A stretch of 64,000 bases of DNA. It comes from an uncultured delta proteobacterium. Its GTDB lineage: Bacteria > Desulfobacterota > WTBG01. Within the stretch, counting starts at the first letter, position 1; every line of letters starts with the position of its first letter. The stretch is from assembly GCA_963751515.1 (NCBI GenBank), contig CAVVUR010000013.1, positions 202,163 through 266,162 on the forward strand, in the 5' to 3' direction. A model generated the notes under the pieces. That model worked only from the letters and a program-made list of their open reading frames with translations. It was not told the DNA's origin and did not search any database. Made by a program: the position numbers and the translations under genes. Shown in pieces: positions 48,618 through 58,692 of this stretch.

Positions 48618-48832
48618 GTTCGTATCCTCCCTTTAGAGTTGCCAACAAGTAATTGTATCGGAAATGAAAACAGAGAAGGTTAGGGAAAAATGTGGGCTGA
48701 TATCCAAAGGTACCACAGTGATAAAGAGACTGCTTAACATGGCAGGAGGAAACCAGGTTCGTCATCCTGAGTGCAACGAAGGATCTGATTTTTCTGCGAG
48801 GAAGGAAGTTCTTCGCTAAGTTTATCCTGAAC

Positions 48833-49378
48833 TTAACATCTGAGCAGTTTCTGCAGGGTTATCTTTCCGTCGCCCGGCGTGTAGAAATCGGCGATGAAAC
48901 TGATCTGACGATATCCCATTTCCCGGTAAAACCGGTGCGTACCGCGGTACTCATCCTTTGACGAGGTCTCAATCAAGATCATCCTTCCTCCCGCGTTTTG
49001 TATCTCCTGCTCGGCATGGCGCAGGAGCGCTCTGCCGATGCCGGTGCCGCGAAAGGCGTTATCCACGACGATCCAGTAAATGTCCCAGGTCCCCTCGGTG
49101 AGGGGAGTCGGCCCGAAGCATACATACCCCCTTCTGACCGCTGTGCCTTCCTCCACCGCCACCCAGACATAATATCCCGAAGTCAGCGGCTGCTCGAGAA
49201 ACGCGGTGAGCAGCTCTTCGGCAACCGGCACTTCCGAGGCCTTGAACTCCGGCGTCGAGCGCAGGATGGCAAGCAGCGGCTCCTTGTCGTCGGCCCTCAT
49301 TTCACGCAGATATACCGGCGGTACGGACTGACGGGGTTGAAGCGGCGAAGGTGCCGGCGGGTCGGTTATTTTCTGCAT
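48833..49378 (-). CDS. GNAT family N-acetyltransferase
   Basis: DIYWIVVD..FRGTGIG..L; FYREMGY. Confidence 0.9.
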   Translation of the reverse strand: MQKITDPPAPSPLQPRQSVPPVYLREMRADDKEPLLAILRSTPEFKASEVPVAEELLTAFLEQPLTSGYYVWVAVEEGTAVRRGYVCFGPTPLTEGTWDIYWIVVDNAFRGTGIGRALLRHAEQEIQNAGGRMILIETSSKDEYRGTHRFYREMGYRQISFIADFYTPGDGKITLQKLLRC

Positions 49379-49387
49379 GGGGTGTTA

Positions 49388-50433
49388 TCAGGACAGGTAT
49401 GCACAGGCGCCGGGGGCGGTTGAATCCCGTCCGGACCAGGCCTGTGCCATGATTGTACAGAGGAAGTCGTTATAGCTCATGCCGGACGCCTCTGCTTCTC
49501 TCTTGGCGCCGCTTGCCGGGCCGATGTCAGGATTGGGGTTTATTTCCAGTATGTTAATCTCACCCGAACGGTCTGCGCGCAGGTCAATCCGCGCATAACC
49601 CTTTCCGACCAGCCCGTCAAAGGCGCGGGCGGCCAGGTCTTCAATCATCTGCGCATCTGCCGCAGACAGATGGGCCGGACACTGCACCTGGGTTGCGGCA
49701 TAGTATTCATCCTGCTCTTCCCACTTGGATGCGTAGGTGTACAGCTGCGGTTTGCCAGCCGGCAGGCTGTAGCAGATTTCAGCGATGGAGAACTGGCGCA
49801 GGGGAGGTCCCATGACCAGAACGTTAAACTCGCGACCGGGGAGGAATTCCTCCACCAGGGCCGCCTGCCCGTAGCGGGAATGCACCTGCCCAACCTGCTC
49901 GCACATTTCATGAAAGCTGCTGACCAGGCTCCGCTCGGTCAGCCCGTAGCTCGCGTCGGCAGCCAGGGGCTTGACAACGCATGGGAATGGAAGCCCGGTG
50001 ACGGCAGCTGCATGGCAGCACCGGGTTCGCACAGATGCCAGTCAGCAGTCGGCAGACCGATGCTGCGCAGGTGGGATTTGGTTTTCACCTTGTTGATGCA
50101 CGTCGGTAAGGGCGCGCGACGGTGCGCCGGTGACGGCGAATACCCGGTTTTTTCAAGAAGGACGGCAACCATGCCCTCACTCTCCGGCTCCCGGTCAAAG
50201 CCCTCAAAGAGGTTGAAGATTACCCGGGGGTCCAACCGGATCAGTCGCCGGAGCATGTCGTTGCATCCGCCGGGTTTGACCGGAAGCAGATGATAGGAAT
50301 ATCCCTTCTCATGAAGAGCTTCCGTAACTGCGTTCACCGCGTCAAGCACGCTGGCGACAGCAATGCTCTCGCCGGTGGCGTCGAAGCCACCGGACAGTGG
50401 TTCATTGTATACTATGCAGACATCCGTGCGCAT
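49388..50433 (-). CDS. D-Ala-D-Ala ligase-like ATP-grasp protein 2 (frameshifts near 50030 and 50120)
   Basis: IFNLFEG; VVKP..DASYG; VEEFLPGREF; YARIDLR; EINPNP. Confidence 0.85.
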
Positions 50434-51419
50434 GGTTGCTGCCGGCTGATGGCGCTGTCAATGATGGAGCCGATGAGTGTATGATAGTCAATACCCCGGT
50501 ACTGGGCAATCATCGGGTAATCGCTGTGTCCCGGCTTGAGCCCCGGCAGGGGATTGGCCTCAATAAAATACGGCTGTCCCTGCGAGTCGAGACGGAAATC
50601 AATGCGGGCCATGTCCCTGCACCCCAGGATTTTAAACAGCTTCAGGCTGTGGGTGACAATGCGTTCTTCCAGTCCGGCGGACAAATCAGCGGGGCATTGG
50701 TAGCGCACCTGGCGCTGCCAGTCGCGCTTGATGTCAATCGAGTAAAAAAAGTCGGGGTCATTCCCCCGGCGGGGAATCACTTCCATAATGCCCATGACCC
50801 GGGGCGGGGTACCGACGATGCCCACGGTAAGCTCTCTTCCCTGAATAAATTCCTCCACCAGGACCGGCTGGCGGTACAGGGTGAGCAGTCGGATGACTTC
50901 ACGCTCCATCTCCGGGAACCCGGTCACCCTGGAGGTTTTGCCGATGCCTTTGCTGGATCCCTCCCAGGCGGGTTTGACAAAGGCGGGGAAGGTGAATCCG
51001 GCCGGGCTGTCAAGTGCCTTCCGGTCGGCTATTAAATGCCAGCGGGGCGTCGGAATGCCGGCCGATGCCGCCAAGTGTTTTGCCAGGGGCTTGTCCAGGC
51101 AGACGGCAAGGCATGCCGGGTCAGAGCCGATGTAGGGGATGTCGAGCATCTCCAGGACCGCCGGCACCTGCACCTCCCTGCTCCGGTAATTGCCCCGTCC
51201 TTCAGAGATGTTGAAGACCATGTCCACCCGGTGGCTGAGAACCGAGGTGAGAAAGGTTTTTCCGCCCCCCAGGTGAACCACCTTGTGTTTAAGGGAAACA
51301 AGCGCGCCGGCTATGCAGTCCACGGTTTCCGCCGAATCGTACTCCTCCAGCGCGTCATCGGGATCGGCCGCACCGGGGAGGATATCGCTTTTCAGATCGT
51401 ATGCCAGGCCCAGTATCAT
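50412..51419 (-). CDS. D-Ala-D-Ala ligase-like ATP-grasp protein 1
   Basis: VFNISEG; FVKPAWEGSSKGI; EEFIQGRE; ARIDFR; EANPLPG. Confidence 0.9.
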   Translation of the reverse strand: MILGLAYDLKSDILPGAADPDDALEEYDSAETVDCIAGALVSLKHKVVHLGGGKTFLTSVLSHRVDMVFNISEGRGNYRSREVQVPAVLEMLDIPYIGSDPACLAVCLDKPLAKHLAASAGIPTPRWHLIADRKALDSPAGFTFPAFVKPAWEGSSKGIGKTSRVTGFPEMEREVIRLLTLYRQPVLVEEFIQGRELTVGIVGTPPRVMGIMEVIPRRGNDPDFFYSIDIKRDWQRQVRYQCPADLSAGLEERIVTHSLKLFKILGCRDMARIDFRLDSQGQPYFIEANPLPGLKPGHSDYPMIAQYRGIDYHTLIGSIIDSAISRQQPCARMSA

Positions 51420-51445
51420 TTAAATGCGCACCTTAAGATCTGCGG

Positions 51446-52730
51446 TTACATGAGGGTTGTATGCGGCTTGTGCATGACGGTTAAAGGGACCCTGCCAGGC
51501 TCCTTCTGCCTTCGGGGATTTCTGCAGTGGTAGACCTGACCCTCGTAGTTACGGAATACAAATTCCTCTTCATTCTGCTCCAGCAGGTAATCGGGCTGAA
51601 GCGGCACCTTTCCCCCCTCCGCCCGGCAGGTCGACGACGAACTGCGGGACGGCAAGCCCCGAGGTGTGACCGCGCAGGGCTTCCATGATGGCGATGCCGG
51701 TTTCGATGGGGACGCGCAGGTGTTCCGTTCCCTCCACATCATCGGTCTGAAAAAGGTAGTAGGGCCTGACCTTGATGCGCAGGAGTCCCTGGCAGAGAGC
51801 GCGCTGGGTTTCCGCCGTGTCGTTAACGCCCCTCAGCAGAACCGACTGGTTGTTAAGGGGGATGCCGCTCCGCAGCAGGCGGTCGCAGGCCGCGGCCGCC
51901 TCCGCGGTGAGTTCCCGGGGATGATTGAAATGGGTGTTGACCCAGATGGGCCCGTGCCTGGCCAGCATGGAGCAGAGGTCTTTATCGATGCGCTGGGGGA
52001 GCACCACCGGGTAGCGCGTGCCGATGCGGATGATCTCCAGGTGCGGGATGGCGCGCAGCTGCGCGATGACCGACTCAAGCCTCCTGGTGGAGAGGCTCAG
52101 CACGTCACCCCCGGATATGATTACATCTCTGATGGAGGTGTTTGAGCGAACGTAGCTCAGCATGTGCTGGACCTCCTGCTGCGTGCGCACCCAGGCCCCG
52201 CTTTTCCACGCCCATTTGCGCGTGCAGTGCCGGCAGAGCATGGGGCAGATGTTGGTCAGAACCATCAGGCAGCGGTCGGGATAGCGGTGCACCAGGCCGG
52301 GGACGGCGGCATCCTCATTTTCAGCCAGGGGATCCTCCTGGCCGTACTGGCTGAGCGCAATCTCTTCCACGCGGGGGACGGCCTGAAGCCGGATGGGATC
52401 GTCGGGATCGGCGCCGGAAATGAGGGAAAAATAATAGGGGGTTATGGCCATGGGGTAGGTTGCAATGGTAAGCGCAAGGGCCGCCTTTTCATCCGCGGTC
52501 AGCGGGAGGTAGCGGTTAAGCTGATCAACGGTGGTGATGCGGTTCCGAAACTGCCACCGCCAGTCATTCCACTGTGAGGGAGTAACGCCGCAGAACATCT
52601 GCGGGACGGTAAGCCTGCCATGACTGGGGGGTTTGTCATCCGGACCGTCTGCCTCCTCCAATAGATAGGATTTCTTGTGACGGTTGCACCGGGCCAGGGA
52701 TCTTGTGTGTGATTCCATGCATGTCTCCAA
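51446..52730 (-). CDS. KamA-family radical SAM aminomutase (frameshift near 51615)
   Basis: LVHRYPDR; CPMLCRHCTR; SGGD; NQSVLLRGVND; LRGHTSGLAVP; GGGK (PLP Lys). Confidence 0.92.
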
Positions 52731-53010
52731 ATTTGATTGTATGATCCACGTGCATATATATCCGCGGAAATGTAAAGCAATTTATGTACCAAAAAACCGG
52801 GAGACGCTGTCCCGCACATCCACTCGTTCCATCGTCTGAAAAACAGGCGGGAGGAGAAGATTCGCGGGATTGCAGCATGGTTCGTTTCCAATCGGCGATT
52901 TTGGAGTAATAGGAAGCGTTATGCCGATATGATTGCGCTATCGGTTGCTTTAACTCCGATAATCAGTTTAAGCGCCCCCTGGCAATCTGCCCGGGGTTGC
53001 ATGTGGCAGG

Positions 53011-53943
53011 TCAGCATTCAACGATTTCCCTGAGTATGGCGTTCATTGAATACTGCGGCCGGCCCAGCTGGGCTGCTGTGGCTGAAATGTCCCTGGTGAT
53101 ATCGTAGCCGAACATTTTAAGATAGAGAGGCGGCACGGGGCAGAGGCCGATGCGCCAGAGAATCCCCACCAGTCCCAGGGTCGGTCCCTCGGGGAGTTTC
53201 AGGGGGGAGGGTTTTTTCCCTCCAATCCTGGCGGCTTCGCTGAACATCTCCCGGAGCGGCATGGTCTGTTCGGAGCCAATGTCGAAGATGCCGCTTTTCC
53301 CGATGGCATTGAAGCAGGCGTCGGAGACGTCGTCCACGTGCACCAGCTGGATCGGCGGGTTGTGCTTCCCCAGGGTGATGAAGCGTCCGCTTCTCGCGGT
53401 TGCCTTGAGCATGTCACCCATGCCTGCTCCTCCGCCCCTCCAGCAGACGATGGCCAGGCGGAGCACGGCAACCCTGATTCCGTGGTCATCAGCCGCTTTG
53501 AGGAACAGAGATTCAGCCTTGATCTTGTTCCGGGCGTAGCGGTCATCCGCGGGGTTAAGGTAATTCCCGCAGCGGTCTTGCCATCCCCCGGACTGCTTCC
53601 GGTCCCCGTATACCCTTCCGCTGCTCGCGAAGACGATGTTGCGCACTCCGTACCGCACCGCGCAATCGGCAATGTTTTGGGATCCGTCCAGGTCGATGGA
53701 ATCGCGTGTCCGGTCATCAATGCGCGCTTTGGTGCAAAAGGCGAGATGAATTATGGTGTCAATGCCCTTCTTTTCAATCAATGACCCCAGGGCAGGATCC
53801 CTGATGTCCATGACCTGCGTGATCTTTTCCGGGAGCTGACCGCTGCTGATGCAGTCGATGCCCATGCAGTCAATGCCTCTTTTGATAAATCTGCCCGCCA
53901 TTCTTTTCCCGATGTGGCCGGCGGCGCCGGTGATGAGGATCAT
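53011..53943 (-). CDS. NAD-dependent epimerase/dehydratase
   Basis: ITGAAGHIG; YARNK (YxxxK); VHVDD. Confidence 0.88.
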   Translation of the reverse strand: MILITGAAGHIGKRMAGRFIKRGIDCMGIDCISSGQLPEKITQVMDIRDPALGSLIEKKGIDTIIHLAFCTKARIDDRTRDSIDLDGSQNIADCAVRYGVRNIVFASSGRVYGDRKQSGGWQDRCGNYLNPADDRYARNKIKAESLFLKAADDHGIRVAVLRLAIVCWRGGGAGMGDMLKATARSGRFITLGKHNPPIQLVHVDDVSDACFNAIGKSGIFDIGSEQTMPLREMFSEAARIGGKKPSPLKLPEGPTLGLVGILWRIGLCPVPPLYLKMFGYDITRDISATAAQLGRPQYSMNAILREIVEC

Positions 53944-54141
53944 TTCGACCTCCCTTTTTCAGTATTTTACCCGGAGCAGATACGGGGCACGCAGATTATT
54001 CATGCGCATCCCCGCGTGCGGGTGCATGGTGATGCCTTGCCGGATGTTGCTATTTAGCTACAGTAGTGTAGTGCGTCCAACACTTCTTTACTGATGAAAG
54101 GCTCCGGTGCGTTGCGAATAGCATGCTGTCGAAGAAGTTCA

Positions 54142-54364
54142 GTGGCTCAAGGGGGAGGGGCTTTTGACGCCACAACAATGTGTCTTTACGCTTACGGCAC
54201 GACCCGGTGCCTTACGACACAAACCGCAGACAGGCAGCTTTGCAGAGGCTTCAATATAGGCTGGTGCCACGCGGGTCTGTCGGACCAAGTTAGAGATTCG
54301 CTGCCGTTCTACAGGTTCCGGAATAATTTTGTTGTGGCTAAAAAGCCCCTCCCCCTTGAGCCAC
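54142..54364 (-). ncRNA. Candidate structured RNA of unknown class
   Basis: Perfect 24-bp plus 10-bp terminal stems, internal hairpins, upstream minus-strand promoter. Confidence 0.5.
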
Positions 54365-54600
54365 ATATAAATAAAGAATCAATGACGCACTACACTAGCA
54401 TCCTGCCTTATTATGTCAACCGCTATCTCACCGCCTCAAACGGCCCGGTGCGGGCAGGAAACTGTTGCATAATTTTTTTACTTGGGATAATCACATCTGG
54501 TATTGAAGGATATGCTGACAGGGCGGGGGTTAGCTGAGGGGGCTATCTCACTCTATTCTCGTATTCAAATAATTGCAGTGTATCGCCAGAGGAGGTTTCT

Positions 54601-55530
54601 ATGAGGAAATACAGGTTATGCAAAATTATGTTCATGGTGGTTGGGGCCGTAATCGCACTCATGAGCTGCTGCCGGTTTGACCTCTATGTCAGCCGGGGCA
54701 ACTTTTATGATCCGGGAGAGCTTTCCGTGGAGGTTATTTCCCTCTCCGGTGATACTGCGCCGGTTGAGATGGATATCTACACGCCTTCAGGATGCGGGAG
54801 ATACCCGGTGGTAATGTTTCAGCATGGATTTACCGCATCCATCAAAGGCTATGAAACAATTATGACCCAACTTGCCAGCCATGGGTTTGTTGTCGTGGTC
54901 CCGCAGATGTACCCGCCGTTTAATGGGACGGCAGCTCCTACACCTGAGGAAGAGGCAGCCCTGGGGGTGGACATCATCCGATGGCTCGAGAAGAACTTAC
55001 AAGAGGTTGTTCCGGTTAATGCTGATATGAGATTGCTCGGCTTGGCAGGTCACTCGCGAGGGGGGCAGATAGCGTACCGGATGGCCCTTGCAGTTCCGAG
55101 AAAAATACGTGCGCTGGCGGGAGTGGATCCGGTAGACGGACTGGAGATATTCGGGCAGACCCCGGCAGTAAGCGGGCCCCTCACCTTCAGAATACCAACC
55201 TACATCCTGGGAACGGGATTGGGGCCGATTGTAGTGGGGGGATTTATTGCCTGTGCCCCGGAAGAAGTGGGCCCCCGTCATTTCTATGAAGCCAATCCCA
55301 GTCCCTCCTGGCTGATTACAGCAACTGAAAACGGCCACGCGGATATGCTTGACGAAGATAATTTTGCACCGGTTTGTCCGGGCGGGGAAGACCGCGATGG
55401 CATGCGCGCGCTTACCGGGGGTACCCTGGCGGCTTTTTTCAGCGGCACGCTTCAGAAAAACCAGGACGCGCTGACAGTATTGAGCGACGTTGCTTCAGCC
55501 CCTGTTCCGGTCACAATGGAGATGAAGTAG
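54601..55530 (+). CDS. Chlorophyllase-like alpha/beta hydrolase (exported, possibly lipoprotein)
   Basis: HGF, LASHGFVVV, GHSRGG, DPVDG, CAP, GHADMLD. Confidence 0.82.
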   Translation: MRKYRLCKIMFMVVGAVIALMSCCRFDLYVSRGNFYDPGELSVEVISLSGDTAPVEMDIYTPSGCGRYPVVMFQHGFTASIKGYETIMTQLASHGFVVVVPQMYPPFNGTAAPTPEEEAALGVDIIRWLEKNLQEVVPVNADMRLLGLAGHSRGGQIAYRMALAVPRKIRALAGVDPVDGLEIFGQTPAVSGPLTFRIPTYILGTGLGPIVVGGFIACAPEEVGPRHFYEANPSPSWLITATENGHADMLDEDNFAPVCPGGEDRDGMRALTGGTLAAFFSGTLQKNQDALTVLSDVASAPVPVTMEMK

Positions 55531-55586
55531 AGACGGCCGGTAGGAAACGATTATAAAATGAGTAGGCGTAACCACGGGGGTTGCCT

Positions 55587-56681
55587 CTATTTAGGATACC
55601 GGGCGAACAGCTGTCCCCACGGCGATTGGGTTTCCCATTGCCGGACAACCGGTATCCCTTTGAACCGGTACCAGATTGAATCGTGGTAAAACTCCGAGGC
55701 AAAGATGAAAATATTAACGATAAATGTTTGAAAAAACAACTTCTGAAGGTGCTTCAGGGGCGTGTCAAACCAGAAGATCCTGCCTACGCCGGTTGCCAGA
55801 TTGACCCCTACCTTAAAGTTCCAGTTTTCCCTGGCCGCATCCGTATCGCCGACAATCTCGATCTCCGCCGGGTCTCCAATGCCAAGCCCATGCTGATGGG
55901 CCAGGTAGATGCAGGGAAGATCCTTCCAGCCGAATCCCATCATCCGCGCGGCTACCGAATCAATGGCCACCTGGTCAGCTGATGCCAGAATGAGACTGCG
56001 ATCGTGGGGTATTACCGTGCGCGGCCCCGGACCTGAGCCCACGGTGGTCCCGTCCATGGTGGCAAACATGCCGGTGTGAATCTCCCTGCCGATGGCGAGC
56101 AGGTCGACCAGGGTTTCATGGATCCAGGTGTGAGTGTAATGGCGATGGTAGTTGAGAAGTCCCCCGAAGGCATTTTTGAGTGCCCCGGTGTAGGTAGTGT
56201 AGGAGTGGGTTTTTACCGTGGGCATGTGCACAATGTTTTTGCCCTGAAAATAATCCGGGATGCGTATCCCATCCGGGAAAATCTTGTGCAGCGCCAGTGT
56301 CTTGAATTTCGGCTTGTATTCTATCCAGCGCATATCCGATTCTTTGAAGTTAAAGAGCACCGGGATCTTGTGCCGTTCATAGATGGGCTTGAACTTTAAA
56401 TCCTGCTCCCCCTTTTCCGGTATGGTAACAACGGTGTGGTTGTGGACGGTGACCAGGTCGTTGAGGCCTGCCGCCTTGAGACTTTCGATGGTTCCTTCAA
56501 GCTGCCAGGGGGTGGTATTCACGCCGGGAAAGACATTGTGCCAGGTGATGTTGTCCTTCAAAATGGTTTTGGCGGATGGATCGAGGGCGCTTTTCAGTCC
56601 CGCCAGCTCGCAGAGACGCTGGTAATCTTTCACTACCGTTTCCGGTTTTGTTCTCAGGATTGCCACTTTTGCCTTGGCCAT
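55587..56681 (-). CDS. DUF362 domain protein
   Basis: ILKDN, PTVKTH, TGALKNAFG, DG...G.GP, ASADQVAIDS; TAAGGAG RBS before ATG 56681. Confidence 0.85.
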   Translation of the reverse strand: MAKAKVAILRTKPETVVKDYQRLCELAGLKSALDPSAKTILKDNITWHNVFPGVNTTPWQLEGTIESLKAAGLNDLVTVHNHTVVTIPEKGEQDLKFKPIYERHKIPVLFNFKESDMRWIEYKPKFKTLALHKIFPDGIRIPDYFQGKNIVHMPTVKTHSYTTYTGALKNAFGGLLNYHRHYTHTWIHETLVDLLAIGREIHTGMFATMDGTTVGSGPGPRTVIPHDRSLILASADQVAIDSVAARMMGFGWKDLPCIYLAHQHGLGIGDPAEIEIVGDTDAARENWNFKVGVNLATGVGRIFWFDTPLKHLQKLFFQTFIVNIFIFASEFYHDSIWYRFKGIPVVRQWETQSPWGQLFARYPK

Positions 56682-56935
56682 GTATGACTCCTTATGATGG
56701 GAAGTACTATGAGACAATCAATAAAAGCTCACCGTTACTGCCTATGCAATGAAAATCCCCAGAGTTGCCACGATTATATAGGGTTATAAAAGTGGTGTCA
56801 AGCTGACCGATGTAATTCTCATATGCTCATAGCAGAAGCAGCATATGTTATTGCGCGGCGGAAAACGCTTTTAAAAAATACATCGCTGCACGTCGCTTCT
56901 TTGAATGTGAGGTAGCACGGCTAGAGGTTTTTGTC

Positions 56936-56964
56936 TTGACGCACAATGTGTAATTCCCTATACT
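56936..56964 (+). promoter_or_regulatory. Sigma70 promoter of HEPN-MNT pair
   Basis: TTGACG-17-TATACT. Confidence 0.7.
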
Positions 56965-56989
56965 TGTTTACGAAGTATTTTGAAATTTC

Positions 56990-57041
56990 TGTAGGAGCGC
57001 ATTCATGCGCGATGCATTCGCGGCTTAAAGCTGCTCCTGCA
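56990..57041 (+). repeat. GTAG-type REP
   Basis: TGTAGGAGC...GCTCCTGCA imperfect palindrome. Confidence 0.6.
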
Positions 57042-57068
57042 GGTTAATCTATCAAATATATATTAGAC

Positions 57069-57461
57069 ATGGTAGAAAGAAGCACAGACTGGTACAGGCA
57101 GGCAGAGAGAGATTTGAAAAGTGCTCAATCGCAGCTGGATGCTGAGTTCTTTGAGTGGTCGTGCTTTATTGCTCAGCAGGCAGCCGAAAAGGCAGTTAAG
57201 GCATTGTACCAAAAGCACGCAGGTGAAGCATGGGGCCATTCGGTCCATGATCTGCTGAGGGGTATCGCAGAAAAAGTAGATGTCCCGGAATTGTTGTTTG
57301 AGAGCGCAAAAGGACTGGACCGATTTTACATCCCTGCCCGTTACCCCAATGGCTGGTCATCCGGTTTTCCAGGTGAGTATATCACCAAAAAGGACGCAAA
57401 AAGTGCAATCAGTCATTCAAAAAAAATCTTACGGTTCTGTAAAAGTATTTTGGCTGGATAA
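57069..57461 (+). CDS. HEPN domain protein
   Basis: CFIAQQAAEKAVKA, GHSVHDL, YIPARYP. Confidence 0.9.
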   Translation: MVERSTDWYRQAERDLKSAQSQLDAEFFEWSCFIAQQAAEKAVKALYQKHAGEAWGHSVHDLLRGIAEKVDVPELLFESAKGLDRFYIPARYPNGWSSGFPGEYITKKDAKSAISHSKKILRFCKSILAG

Positions 57462-57747
57462 AGATCTTCTCAGAAAAAGAATACAAAAAGCAGCCAGAAG
57501 AATACTATCCACAAATGCCAATGTGGAGAAAGTAATTCTTTTTGGTTCCCTCTCAGAGGATAAAGCGACCGCATTCAGTGATGCTGATATTCTTATTGTG
57601 GTTAAAGATTCTGCGAAAAGGTTTATAGACCGGTCTATTGATTTTGCCCCGTATTTTCAGAATATCGGCATAGAGGTTGATTTGTTTGTGTATACGAGAA
57701 AAGAATTAGAGCACCACACAGCAATGGTTAATGCACGGAGTATATAA
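57403..57747 (+). CDS. Minimal nucleotidyltransferase (MNT)
   Basis: ILFGSL...SDADILIV...VDLFV; overlaps HEPN gene; start uncertain. Confidence 0.85.
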   Translation: MQSVIQKKSYGSVKVFWLDKDLLRKRIQKAARRILSTNANVEKVILFGSLSEDKATAFSDADILIVVKDSAKRFIDRSIDFAPYFQNIGIEVDLFVYTRKELEHHTAMVNARSI

Positions 57748-57890
57748 CCTCAATCGTTCGATCAGGTCCCTCCCACGGTATCACGCCTATTTTGCAATCA
57801 CCTGCCGTTGCCTTAAACCTCTGAACCCGGCTTGTTTCATTTCATCAGGGCGCACCTCATCATCGAGCAACTCTCATCAATAACGACACA

Positions 57891-57922
57891 AAAAAACCCG
57901 GTACCGATTCAGGGTACCGGGC
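57891..57922 (-). terminator. Intrinsic terminator of HU gene
   Basis: CCCGGTACC...GGTACCGGG followed by T-run on minus strand. Confidence 0.75.
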
Positions 57923-57952
57923 TGCGTATTCAATGTGCCTGATGCGCAGAAA

Positions 57953-58255
57953 CTATTTGGACGGAAGAATGGCGTCTTTGCAGGCCTTGGCCACGCGGAA
58001 CTTCACCACCGTTTTGGCCTTGATCTGGATCTCTTCGCCGGTCGCGGGGTTTCTGCCTTTGCGGGCCTTCCGTTTCACCAGGACCAGCTTGCCCATACCG
58101 GGCATGGTAAAAACACCCTTCTTCTTTGTTTCCCCATAAGCGACATTGATAAGCGTGTCAAGGAATCCATTGACATCGCTTTTTTTGGCGCCCAGCTTTT
58201 CGGAAAGCTCCGTTACCAGCTGTGCCTTGGTCATGGGTTTTGTCTTGGTTGCCAT
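57953..58255 (-). CDS. hup: HU-family histone-like DNA-binding protein
   Basis: MTKAQL, RKARKGRNPATGEEIQI. Confidence 0.93.
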   Translation of the reverse strand: MATKTKPMTKAQLVTELSEKLGAKKSDVNGFLDTLINVAYGETKKKGVFTMPGMGKLVLVKRKARKGRNPATGEEIQIKAKTVVKFRVAKACKDAILPSK

Positions 58256-58528
58256 AGCGTACACCCTCCATCATTGTTAGTTGGTTTTGTTTATGAATGC
58301 GATCCAATCTTGCGCGCCTATTATAGTACGGCGGGGAAATATAGCAATAAAAATTTTGCCGAAAGCTCATTTTTCGGGCACATTGTGAGGATGACGTTCA
58401 CCATCCCTCTTCTATTCCGGCAAGTGTTTCACCGTTTGAGCCGGGCATCCTGTGCTTTAGATAATCATTTGACTTGTCAGGTGAAGAGTGATTGTGTACG
58501 ATATTAATACTAGCTTTTAAACCTCCGG

Positions 58529-58653
58529 CAGGCTGTTGAAAAACACCCATCTGCTGCGTTACGCTCATCCTTTGTCACTGCGGAGTACATGCATGTACGC
58601 CTCATTCCTCAGGATTTCGCGTGCCTTGCATCTGGATGTTTTTGATCAGCCTG
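58529..58653. mobile_element. MITE-like element copy 2
   Basis: CAGGCTGTTGAAAAAC...GTTTTTGATCAGCCTG. Confidence 0.8.
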
Positions 58654-58692
58654 CTGAAAATACTTTTTTAACAATGCCAGGGAGCCTGACGC

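Noticed and set aside
52790-52870. Riboswitch upstream of kamA
   Set aside because: A TCCCGC/GCGGGA stem and a T-run are present, but no known aptamer consensus could be matched by eye.
54142-54364. Retron msr-msd, 6S RNA or SRP RNA
   Set aside because: No RT adjacent; multi-branch interior unlike the 6S rod; SRP GGAAG/AGCAG motif not found. Kept as unknown RNA.
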